Shown: positions 8,722 through 16,759, counted from the first letter of the stretch. The stretch is DNA of 64,000 nt from a virus (IMGVR_UViG_3300037567_000704:1-64000), one strand, 5' to 3'. Numbers and translations: made by a program. Notes: generated by a model not told the origin, from the sequence alone.

Positions 8722-9500
8722 AGATAGCAGAGTGCTTGATAGGAGACTGCTTAGAAGTCATGGAAGTCATTAAAGACGAGTCTATTGATTTGATTTGTTG
8801 TGACCTTCCTTACGGAACTACCAATATTTTTTGGGACACTCCCATCGACCTTGAAAGGCTTTGGGGACAATATGATAGAATAATCAAGCCAAAGGGAGTC
8901 ATCTGCTTATTCGGTTCTCAACCCTTTACGACTATTCTGATTTCAAGTAAAATAGATTGGTTCAAATACGAACTTATCTGGAATAAAAATAAGTGTGGTT
9001 CCCCCGGATTAGCCAAATACCGGCCAATGAAAACTCATGAAAATGTTCTTATTTTCGCCAAAAAATCAGGAGGAATCTACAACCCTCAGATGGTAAAGGG
9101 AGAGCCCTATCATAGAAAGTCGAAGAACCCCGAAGGCTATGTGGGGAAGACAAACGTCCATGGGTATGGGTTGAAACCAAGGAAAGAGTTCAGTAACCCC
9201 GGTATTAGATACCCAAAGAGCATACTGAATATTTCAAGGAACTTTTCGGCACAACAACAAGTTCATCCCACTCAAAAGCCGGTCCCACTTATGGAATGGT
9301 TGGTTCGCACATACTCCAATGAAGGAGATTTAGTTCTAGACAACTGTATGGGGTCTGGTTCAACAGGAATCGCTGCCGTTAATCTCAATAGAAATTTTAT
9401 TGGGATTGAGATAGAAAGTGAATACTTCGATATCGCGCAACGAAGGATAAAGGCAGCATTGCATGAAAAAAAAGGTGATTAAATGAAGATAGCAGAGTGC
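8712..9500 (+). repeat. Perfect 24-bp direct repeat GATTAAATGAAGATAGCAGAGTGC flanking the methyltransferase gene
   Basis: Identical copies at 8712-8735 and 9477-9500. Confidence 0.95.
8718..9482 (+). CDS. Beta-class N4-cytosine/N6-adenine DNA methyltransferase
   Basis: IDLICCDLPY (motif IV), HENVLIF, HPTQKP, VLDNCMGSGSTG (motif I), FIGIEI. Confidence 0.93.
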   Translation: MKIAECLIGDCLEVMEVIKDESIDLICCDLPYGTTNIFWDTPIDLERLWGQYDRIIKPKGVICLFGSQPFTTILISSKIDWFKYELIWNKNKCGSPGLAKYRPMKTHENVLIFAKKSGGIYNPQMVKGEPYHRKSKNPEGYVGKTNVHGYGLKPRKEFSNPGIRYPKSILNISRNFSAQQQVHPTQKPVPLMEWLVRTYSNEGDLVLDNCMGSGSTGIAAVNLNRNFIGIEIESEYFDIAQRRIKAALHEKKGD

Positions 9501-9611
9501 ATGTGTGGATGGAGAGGCCCAGAGCAGACCTTCAGACACAATGGTAAACCCTCATGTCCTTACTGTGGAAGAGAACTATTTGCAATGAAATGTGAGGGGT
9601 GTTCAGATTGA
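9483..9611 (+). CDS. 42-aa Zn-finger microprotein (not in ORF track)
   Basis: MKIAECMCGWRGPEQTFRHNGKPSCPYCGRELFAMKCEGCSD; AGGTGA SD; stop overlaps the next gene. Confidence 0.75.
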   Translation: MKIAECMCGWRGPEQTFRHNGKPSCPYCGRELFAMKCEGCSD

Positions 9612-10567
9612 GATTCAATCCTAACAATGAAGATAGAATGGAAAGGGATGACTATCCCTTTGAGGACTTGCTTGAATCATACGCTAAGAGCACATACGCA
9701 TGGACAAGTGCTGATGAGAACAAGATACTCAGAATCACGAAGAGCAGTCTCGGCACATTCAACTGGTGTCCCAAACAGTATTTCTTCCAGAACATCCTGA
9801 AATTAAAGACCGAAGAGAAGGACCACCACGTAAGAGGCAAAAACGTCCACGATGTTACCCAGTTCTTCTTCAATGAGATATTCGAGTCCATTGATGATAT
9901 CCTTGAGAAGATAGAGGAAGGAAATACAGACGCAGCGAGAGACAAAACACACCAAGTTATCTCTCGACCTCCTGAGCCATACGTTTTCGGAGAGCCAGAA
10001 CAAATACAGAGATGGGTGGATTGGCAATTCGATAGACTCGTTCTCACCAAAGGTGAGGGTTGGCATCCAGTAGGTAATGAGTCAGAGATACACGGCACGA
10101 GAGTTGTCGAGGTAGAGACAGATGATGGTGAGACCGTGAGTGTGCCAATTCACATGAAGGGTTTCATTGATAGGATATTCGAGGATGGAAACGGAGGCTT
10201 CGCACTAATGGAGTTGAAGACTGGTAAGTGGAAGAAGCGAAAGAACTCAGACATGAGAGCAGAGATGCAATTCTACAAACAAATGCTAGAACATAGTCCT
10301 CATGAAGAGTTCTTACCAATCACACACTGGGGATGGGAGTTCCCCGGCGGGGACATCAATGAGGGTGACGGCCCTCATTGGGATTACGAATCAGTTACAG
10401 CGAATAGATGGACTAAGAACACCCCTACGGTTGTAGAGCGAAGACTGAAGAAGTTGGTCAAGGCTCATTTAGATGAAGATTTTCCTGCGGAACGGACGGA
10501 TTGGAAATGTCCTTGGTGTGATTTTATTGACATCTGTCCCGCTTGGACATTACAGGAGTTAGGATAA
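9599..10567 (+). CDS. Cas4-like PD-(D/E)XK nuclease with Fe-S cluster cysteines
   Basis: N-terminal WCPKQY, GKNVH, GFIDRI...ELKTG, QFY, C-terminal CPWCDFIDIC. Start may be TTG 9608. Confidence 0.85.
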   Translation: MFRLRFNPNNEDRMERDDYPFEDLLESYAKSTYAWTSADENKILRITKSSLGTFNWCPKQYFFQNILKLKTEEKDHHVRGKNVHDVTQFFFNEIFESIDDILEKIEEGNTDAARDKTHQVISRPPEPYVFGEPEQIQRWVDWQFDRLVLTKGEGWHPVGNESEIHGTRVVEVETDDGETVSVPIHMKGFIDRIFEDGNGGFALMELKTGKWKKRKNSDMRAEMQFYKQMLEHSPHEEFLPITHWGWEFPGGDINEGDGPHWDYESVTANRWTKNTPTVVERRLKKLVKAHLDEDFPAERTDWKCPWCDFIDICPAWTLQELG

Positions 10568-10884
10568 TGAGAGAAAGAAGTGATTGTGAAAAAGTGATTG
10601 TAAGAATACTGGAAGCCATTCTGAATTATACAGTTCAGAATATGAAAGTGAAAGTGGTCATAGGTATGTGTGGTAACAACCCCTTTAGGGTTCAATATAC
10701 GAAGCAGATGACTCTTCACGACTACACGGATATAGGTATCAGTAGGAATGAAGATGAGATGTATAACCATCTGGATATAATTATCAACAAGGCAGTAATT
10801 ACAGACCCGGAGATTGGTAAGATAATATGCAATCTACTTGATGCTGTAGAAAGAAAGACAGAACAGTTTAGGCTGATGAAATGA
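10567..10884 (+). CDS. Hypothetical protein
   Basis: TAATG and ATGA overlaps with neighbours; start reassigned to 10567. Confidence 0.6.
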   Translation: MRERSDCEKVIVRILEAILNYTVQNMKVKVVIGMCGNNPFRVQYTKQMTLHDYTDIGISRNEDEMYNHLDIIINKAVITDPEIGKIICNLLDAVERKTEQFRLMK

Positions 10885-11987
10885 ACTTCATCACTCTTGA
10901 CTTTCCAAGAGAAGTCCTTGAGTTAGACACTGATGGGTTGAAAGGATTTCGTAGAGTCGTCAAGAACGCAAAGGAACTTGAATCATATTGGAGGGGTAAG
11001 AACGGTAGTGGTAATGTCTTCTTCACAGCCTATGGATATCGTAGTCTCACACCACCTAAGAACCACAGAGTGGATTACAACACCCCAATCATCAGACATT
11101 TCGTATGTGATTTTGATTGCAAGAACTTCAGACAAAGAGGAGTCGAAGTCCCTTTCGAAGAGATGCATCGACAAGTAAAAGCCCTTCATAATTACTTAAG
11201 AAGCAACAACAAAAAGCACTTCGTGTGGTTTAGTGGGGGTGGATTTCATTTCTGGGTCCCTCTTGAGAAAACATTCACACCCTCCACAGGATATGATGTA
11301 GCGAGAATCAAAGATGCGGGTAGAACCTTACTCTCAGATTGGCATCGTTCTCTCAATCTCTACTGTAATGACCCAACAGTAGCCTTTGACACTGCAGGTA
11401 TGATTCGCATCCCTAACTCATACAACAGCAAGAGAGGGTGTTGGTCCATTCCTCTCACGTCCGAAGAGATACTGGAATGTGATTATGAAGAGTTCATCGA
11501 ATTAGCGAGTAGGCCCCGCTCTGGTTTCATCACTCATTGTGAAGAAGAAGTCAAACTGAAAGTGAAGAAGACAAAGAAGTTCAAGAAGAAGAAATACATT
11601 GATATTGACCTACCAGAACTAAGTGCTAACGATATGTTAATTCTTCCCTGTCTCGCTCAAGCGGCTATGGGTGAAGGCAATCCCATTCACAAAGCCAGAG
11701 TCCATCTGGCATCTTATCTGGCGAGTAGATTACGTTGGTTCTTTCCGCCGGATTCAATCACCGATGATGAGAAATCTGAACACGTAGAACAGATAGTTGA
11801 TATCATATCAAAACAGAATTGGAGCGATTTCAATGAAGACATAACCACTCGACAAGTCATTAGCATAGTCTACGGAAGTGGTAGTAACAAAGGATATCTA
11901 CCCGCTACATGCAGAACGCTTATTCAAGATGGAATATGCACAGGTATATGTAGATACTACGATGGGACTGCTGAGGGATTATTCTGA
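10881..11987 (+). CDS. Archaeo-eukaryotic primase, PriS catalytic domain fused to PriL Fe-S domain
   Basis: DFD motif I, SGGGFH motif II, D...MIRIPNS motif III; C-terminal LPCL...CRTL...IC...C. Confidence 0.88.
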   Translation: MNFITLDFPREVLELDTDGLKGFRRVVKNAKELESYWRGKNGSGNVFFTAYGYRSLTPPKNHRVDYNTPIIRHFVCDFDCKNFRQRGVEVPFEEMHRQVKALHNYLRSNNKKHFVWFSGGGFHFWVPLEKTFTPSTGYDVARIKDAGRTLLSDWHRSLNLYCNDPTVAFDTAGMIRIPNSYNSKRGCWSIPLTSEEILECDYEEFIELASRPRSGFITHCEEEVKLKVKKTKKFKKKKYIDIDLPELSANDMLILPCLAQAAMGEGNPIHKARVHLASYLASRLRWFFPPDSITDDEKSEHVEQIVDIISKQNWSDFNEDITTRQVISIVYGSGSNKGYLPATCRTLIQDGICTGICRYYDGTAEGLF

Positions 11988-12118
11988 AATATTGTAGAGT
12001 GTGTGGTCAGGAACTAAATGGGTATAACACGAAAGGTGGGGCAACGAAAACACATAGATGCGGAAAATGCTATTTGAAATGGAAGAAAGAAGAGAGGGCG
12101 AAACATGGTGAAGCCTGA
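11984..12118 (+). CDS. 44-aa Zn-finger microprotein with non-canonical (CTG) start (not in ORF track)
   Basis: (L/M)KYCRVCGQELNGYNTKGGATKTHRCGKCYLKWKKEERAKHGEA; fills the primase-ERCC4 gap; CTGA overlap with the primase stop, GAGGG upstream. Confidence 0.6.
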   Translation: MKYCRVCGQELNGYNTKGGATKTHRCGKCYLKWKKEERAKHGEA

Positions 12119-12812
12119 ATTATTCATTGATTCTAATGAGAGAGGCCCTTTGTGTGACTCAATTCTCAGAAAGGCAGAGAAAGCAGGACTGAGAGTAGCC
12201 CGCAAGTCTCTCATGATAGGCGACTACCTACTCGGTGGTGCATGTGTGGAGGCCAAGAGTCTCAATGACCTCTTCCAATCAAGTCATAGTGGACACCTAT
12301 GGAGACAACTCGACAATATGGATGTAAATTATGAGAGATTCTTCCTAGTCATTCACGGAGCCATAGACAAATATGTTGTCATGGCCAAGCGCAATGGTAG
12401 GAGAGGCCTCACTTACACTAGAATACAGAATGAATTAACGGGAACCATAGCGAGGATAATGGCTGACTTCGATTGCCAAGTATTTTACACACCAAACATT
12501 AGTGAAGCGGCCCTCTTCATAACGAAGTTGCACGACAAACTACACAAGCCCGCATCAAGACACGGAGCGAGGACAATAAGGAAAGTGTCTTCCAATGATG
12601 TGAGAGCAGATATGCTTCTTACAATCCCCGGTATAGGGAAGGACTTAGCAGAGAGAATCCTTGAGGAATGCGGAAGCATCGAAGAGATGTGCTATCCAGA
12701 ATCACTCAAGAAAATCAAAGGTATGGGCCCTACGTTAAGGGCAAGATTACTCCAAGCACTCACCTCTGAAGAGGTAATGCATATTGAGAAGGTAGTGAAA
12801 AAACCTGTATAA
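12105..12812 (+). CDS. ERCC4/XPF (Hef-like) structure-specific nuclease with tandem HhH
   Basis: IDSNE, GDYLL...VEAKSLNDL..S, HhH motifs IPGIG and IKGMG. Confidence 0.9.
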   Translation: MVKPELFIDSNERGPLCDSILRKAEKAGLRVARKSLMIGDYLLGGACVEAKSLNDLFQSSHSGHLWRQLDNMDVNYERFFLVIHGAIDKYVVMAKRNGRRGLTYTRIQNELTGTIARIMADFDCQVFYTPNISEAALFITKLHDKLHKPASRHGARTIRKVSSNDVRADMLLTIPGIGKDLAERILEECGSIEEMCYPESLKKIKGMGPTLRARLLQALTSEEVMHIEKVVKKPV

Positions 12813-12813
12813 T

Positions 12814-12846
12814 GTCTTATGTCCTCTCTATACATAGGACATAGAC
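12814..12846. promoter_or_regulatory. Intergenic inverted repeat around a TATA-like loop upstream of the helicase
   Basis: TATGTCCT (12818-12825) / AGGACATA (12836-12843) perfect arms, extended by GTC/GAC with one bulge; loop CTCTATACAT. Confidence 0.45.
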
Positions 12847-12862
12847 TAAGAACCAACCCCGT

Positions 12863-14275
12863 ATGAGGTCAATTATGCGTCATTATACAGAGTATCAAGC
12901 CATAGAAAAATTCCCACTGTTCCGAGGATATCTGGAGCATTTCAGACAGACCTCTATGGAGAATGACATACCCGGAATGCTCTCCTTCTTCTTCCTACAA
13001 GGACAAGTCGCCGTGCCCTTCGTGCGTATACCTTGGGGCCCTACTCACCTTGACCCGCGTGTTCATGTCTTCTGGATTCAACCAAGCAGAACAGGGAAGT
13101 CAGTATCATGGGAGTTCATAGGGGACATTTGCAAACAAGCAGAGATTCCTACAGAGATGTATACCACTGGAACAGATGCTGCTCTCATTGGTGGATGGGA
13201 AGAGGAAATCATAGACGGAGAGACTCACAAGCATTTGAAAGAAGGACTGCTCGATGGAAGAAAGGCCCTTAATTTTGATGAAGGAAGTATCATCCTCAAT
13301 CCTAACAAACACAGTCAAGAGACTGTCTTGTATCTTCAATCCGCTTGCAACCCAGTAGGCAGCAATAACAACATACTCGTCAAGCACACCAAGGCTGGTA
13401 GGATAGAGACTGAATCTCTAGTCTCCATGTGGATAACCACTTTCCCTCCCAAGGGAGTCAAGGAGTATGTTCTAACCAAAGGGATATTCCAGAGGGTGCT
13501 TCTCTTTTGGCAAGATTGGGACATTGATAAGAGAATGGGAGTCAGTATGAAGAGAATGGAAATGGTATTCAAGAAGATACCCAAACAATCTCTGGACCGT
13601 AGCGAGATAGTAGACTATTTCAAAAATCTCACAAAGAGGGTGAGAGACAGAGTCTTGAACATAAGCGAAATCTCCTTCTCTGATTGGGACACTATGAACA
13701 GACTCGACCAAGAAGAAATCTTGCAAGCACACATGTATGAGATGTTTACCGCAGATGATACATTCTATCCCGCTTGTTACGATGCTATCGAGGATTACTA
13801 TTCATTACTGGATGGATTAGGTCCGGGTATAGGAGAAGTGGTTGCCTCTTTCATGCCTGCAGTAGAGAACTATACGGTGATTTTTGCTACACACATGGCA
13901 ATGTTAGATGAGACATGGGTAGTGACTGGAGAACATGTAGATATGTCCAAAGACATCATCTACGATTTAACTAAGAACCTCATCCTTTGGTTGGAAGACG
14001 AAGTAGAAGTAGGTTACAAGAAGACAGAGGTCTCTGAGTTCAAGAAGAGATTCGCAATAGCATATCAGAACACAGACTCTTTCGACTTTGAAGACACAAG
14101 AGGGGCAGGTTGGCATAGGAAGAGCGTGGTTATACAGACATACATGAAACTCAACTCTGTTACAAGAGGGACGGGTTGGAATCACTTTGGCAAGTATGCC
14201 AAGGACATGTTCGATACAGTCAAGGAACACAAAGTCGTTTACCTACGAATGAAAGAAGGCGTTAATGAGGCATAA
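12863..14275 (+). CDS. MCM-like AAA+ replicative helicase (compact, lacking the usual N-terminal domain)
   Basis: Walker A QPSRTGKS, TGTDAALIG (MCM S.AGL-like), Walker B LNFDEG, GIFQRVL arginine finger, HVDMS in the lid region. Confidence 0.7.
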   Translation: MRSIMRHYTEYQAIEKFPLFRGYLEHFRQTSMENDIPGMLSFFFLQGQVAVPFVRIPWGPTHLDPRVHVFWIQPSRTGKSVSWEFIGDICKQAEIPTEMYTTGTDAALIGGWEEEIIDGETHKHLKEGLLDGRKALNFDEGSIILNPNKHSQETVLYLQSACNPVGSNNNILVKHTKAGRIETESLVSMWITTFPPKGVKEYVLTKGIFQRVLLFWQDWDIDKRMGVSMKRMEMVFKKIPKQSLDRSEIVDYFKNLTKRVRDRVLNISEISFSDWDTMNRLDQEEILQAHMYEMFTADDTFYPACYDAIEDYYSLLDGLGPGIGEVVASFMPAVENYTVIFATHMAMLDETWVVTGEHVDMSKDIIYDLTKNLILWLEDEVEVGYKKTEVSEFKKRFAIAYQNTDSFDFEDTRGAGWHRKSVVIQTYMKLNSVTRGTGWNHFGKYAKDMFDTVKEHKVVYLRMKEGVNEA

Positions 14276-14277
14276 AT

Positions 14278-15780
14278 ATGAAGGAGAGCGAGAAGATAAG
14301 AGATAACGCACAAGCACTGAACATCAGAGCGGCCAAAGCCATAGTAGAAACGGTCAAATCCACTTTGGGTCCCTTGGGGATGGATAAAATGATGGTGGAC
14401 GGTGGAGGTAATGTCATTGTTACCAATGACGGAGCGACCATATTACGAGAACTGGATGTGGCACATCCCGGCGCTAAGATGATGGTCGAGATTGCCAAGA
14501 CACAAGAGGCTCTGTGCTATGATGGAACGACAACTACAGTGGTATTGGCTGGGCAACTACTATCCAACAGTGAGATGCTTTTCGAGAAAGGACTGCATCC
14601 TAATGTGATTTGTCGTGGCTATCACGAGGCATCACAGATGGCAGTGGATTATTTAATTAGAGAAATAGCAATGAAGGGTGGAGATAATGTCTTACATGAA
14701 GTAGCGAAGACTGCAATTACTGGGAAGACTGTAGAGACTGCGACTGATATCGTAAGCACACTCTGCGTTGATGCTGTGCTTGCAGCAGGAGATGCAGACA
14801 AAGTCAGAGTCATTAGTCTACCCGGAGGAAGCATAGAAGATTCTTACCTCTTCAAGGGAGCGATAGTTAGCAAAGACTTCGTCTTGGATTACGAAGTTGA
14901 TGAAGATACCAACGCTCTACTTCTCAATACAGGTCTGGAAGAAGAGAAGGGACAAGATAACGTGCAAGTTCAACTTGATGCCGCTTCATATAAAGAGTTC
15001 AACCAAGCAGGTAAGAAGGGACTTCTAGAACAAGCACAGCGAGTAGTAGATAAGATGGGAGGAAGGGGGATTTTGTTTGTAAGAGATGGAGTTCATGACC
15101 ATGTCTGTGCTTATCTGAAGAAGAATGGTATAGGAACAGTCAGAAGGCTACCAGAGAGCACACTACGAGCATTGAGCAACACCTTAGGTATAGCAGTCTC
15201 TCAATCTGTCGAGGACCTTGAAGCCTCTACTACCATACGAGTATCGAGACAAAAACACAATGATGTCTACTATCTATTCATTGTTAGTGAAGTGGACAGC
15301 AACCAATCAACACTGGTGTTGAGAGGCGCAACCCAATCAACCCTCGATGAGATGGAAAGAGGATTCGATGATGCTCTTGGTGTAGTCAGTCTAGTCAAAG
15401 ACAATCACAGTGTAGTGGCTGGAGGCGGTTCGAGTTTCGTAGCAATGGCCTCTTATTTGAGAAACCATGCTGCTACTGTAGGCGGTAGGGCGCAAATGGC
15501 AATAGAAGCATTCGCTGATGCTTTGGAGATAATCCCCGCTACCATAGCAGAGAACGCAGGGTTCGACCCATTAGACACAATCCTAGCCATTAGACATGAG
15601 ATACAGAATGGGTGTCTCCACTATGGCCCAGACGTATCAGAAGGGGGAGTCAAGAATATGGAAGTAGAAGGAATCCTAGAGCCTACTGAACTAATCAGAC
15701 AAGCAGTCTTGAGCGCTACAGAAGTCACTACCTCAATCCTCAGGATTGACGATATAGTCAGTAGGAGACAACTTGAGTAA
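14278..15780 (+). CDS. ths: Group II chaperonin (thermosome subunit)
   Basis: STLGPLGMDKM, VTNDGATIL, HPGAKM, DGTTT, GLHP, ER..DDAL, VAGGGS, IP..IAENAG.D, ILRIDD. Confidence 0.96.
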   Translation: MKESEKIRDNAQALNIRAAKAIVETVKSTLGPLGMDKMMVDGGGNVIVTNDGATILRELDVAHPGAKMMVEIAKTQEALCYDGTTTTVVLAGQLLSNSEMLFEKGLHPNVICRGYHEASQMAVDYLIREIAMKGGDNVLHEVAKTAITGKTVETATDIVSTLCVDAVLAAGDADKVRVISLPGGSIEDSYLFKGAIVSKDFVLDYEVDEDTNALLLNTGLEEEKGQDNVQVQLDAASYKEFNQAGKKGLLEQAQRVVDKMGGRGILFVRDGVHDHVCAYLKKNGIGTVRRLPESTLRALSNTLGIAVSQSVEDLEASTTIRVSRQKHNDVYYLFIVSEVDSNQSTLVLRGATQSTLDEMERGFDDALGVVSLVKDNHSVVAGGGSSFVAMASYLRNHAATVGGRAQMAIEAFADALEIIPATIAENAGFDPLDTILAIRHEIQNGCLHYGPDVSEGGVKNMEVEGILEPTELIRQAVLSATEVTTSILRIDDIVSRRQLE

Positions 15781-15950
15781 TGGGTCGAGTGAAAACCCCA
15801 AGTTGTCTTACATGCGACATCAAAATGACGAGAATCTATGTTCGGCCAACAGGTATCAAGACGTATTGTCCGGTTGGTTTCGTTTGTGTGTGCGGAGGAG
15901 CAGTTTATGAATGGCCTCCTGATGTGAGAAAATGGATGGAAGGACGGTAA
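15780..15950 (+). CDS. 56-aa Zn-finger microprotein (not in ORF track)
   Basis: MGRVKTPSCLTCDIKMTRIYVRPTGIKTYCPVGFVCVCGGAVYEWPPDVRKWMEGR; TAATG coupling to the chaperonin stop. Confidence 0.7.
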   Translation: MGRVKTPSCLTCDIKMTRIYVRPTGIKTYCPVGFVCVCGGAVYEWPPDVRKWMEGR

Positions 15951-15954
15951 TAGA

Positions 15955-16131
15955 ATGGGTCGCTTGATGGACAAACTGAATGTAGTGTGTAGAGGCTGTG
16001 GGCACAAACACATACCAAGACGCTTGAACGCTCGCTATCATGACGGTGAGAGGAAAAGAATCTATCTCTGGCAATGCAAGGAGTGCAGTCACTTCTGGCA
16101 GGATTCAGCATACAAGAAGCAGAAAGTGTAA
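15955..16131 (+). CDS. 58-aa TFS/TFIIS C-terminal-like Zn ribbon (not in ORF track)
   Basis: MGRLMDKLNVVCRGCGHKHIPRRLNARYHDGERKRIYLWQCKECSHFWQDSAYKKQKV; CxxCG-x24-CxxCxxxW. Confidence 0.7.
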   Translation: MGRLMDKLNVVCRGCGHKHIPRRLNARYHDGERKRIYLWQCKECSHFWQDSAYKKQKV

Positions 16132-16258
16132 TGAACCGTCGGTGTAGAAATTACACCGTTGTATAGATGGGTCTCTTCAATCTCGGCGGTTATCCATGGT
16201 TTAAGGGCATGGGGCCGTCTGCGTTTGTGATTTGTTATGAGCATGATGAGGAAGGAAA

Positions 16259-16480
16259 GTGACCCAGAGGAAGGAAGATTCGGATATTGATTGGGATTAC
16301 TGGGATGCTCAAATTGAAGGTTTCAAGGAGGCTTTCAAGAAACCCATTTGGAGAGACTATCTTCAGACACAGAAGAGTCTAATGGATGATGTTCATGATT
16401 TCTTCTGGAAAGAGAAAGAAGAAAACAATCAACAATCAATACCATCTGTGAAGCCATCTGTGGCCTTCAAGTCAAGGTAG
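16259..16480 (+). CDS. Hypothetical protein, last gene of the + arm
   Basis: GTG start after a purine-rich SD; protein-like composition; 3' end overlaps the convergent gene. Confidence 0.5.
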   Translation: MTQRKEDSDIDWDYWDAQIEGFKEAFKKPIWRDYLQTQKSLMDDVHDFFWKEKEENNQQSIPSVKPSVAFKSR

Positions 16481-16758
16481 GATTGCTTGATTAGATTATA
16501 CTGAGTCTTAGCCCCAGCGTCATCCAATTCAAACCTACCATTGAATCCACCAATCGGTGATGAACCGTCGGTATAGGCGTTCACAGAAGCGTAGATTTTA
16601 CCATTGTAATTGATGGGGTAACTTGTCGTCACGACTTCATTCCCATCACTATCTTCAGTTACTTCTCTTTCTTTGTTCACTCTTGCATCTCGGACGATGC
16701 AGTGCGCGTATTCACAAGTTATTCCATAATGCGTTTCATATTCTATTCTCAATGCCAT
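16429..16758 (-). CDS. Hypothetical fibre-associated/assembly protein, last gene of the virion arm
   Basis: GGGGTGA SD before ATG 16758 (MALRIEY...); position after the fibre/adhesin genes. Confidence 0.6.
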   Translation of the reverse strand: MALRIEYETHYGITCEYAHCIVRDARVNKEREVTEDSDGNEVVTTSYPINYNGKIYASVNAYTDGSSPIGGFNGRFELDDAGAKTQYNLIKQSYLDLKATDGFTDGIDC

Positions 16759-16759
16759 T

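Noticed and set aside
8712-9500. 24-bp repeat pair as a CRISPR mini-array near the Cas4-like gene, or as an IS
   Set aside because: Only two copies 765 bp apart enclosing a full gene; no palindrome, terminal inverted repeats or transposase.
329-16111. Short - strand ORFs across the replication arm
   Set aside because: They lie antisense to well-supported, tightly coupled + strand genes.
16131-16576. ATGAACCGTCGGT(G/A)TAG at 16131 and 16560
   Set aside because: 16/17 match with the second copy inside a coding region; plausible by chance and no coherent unit between the copies.
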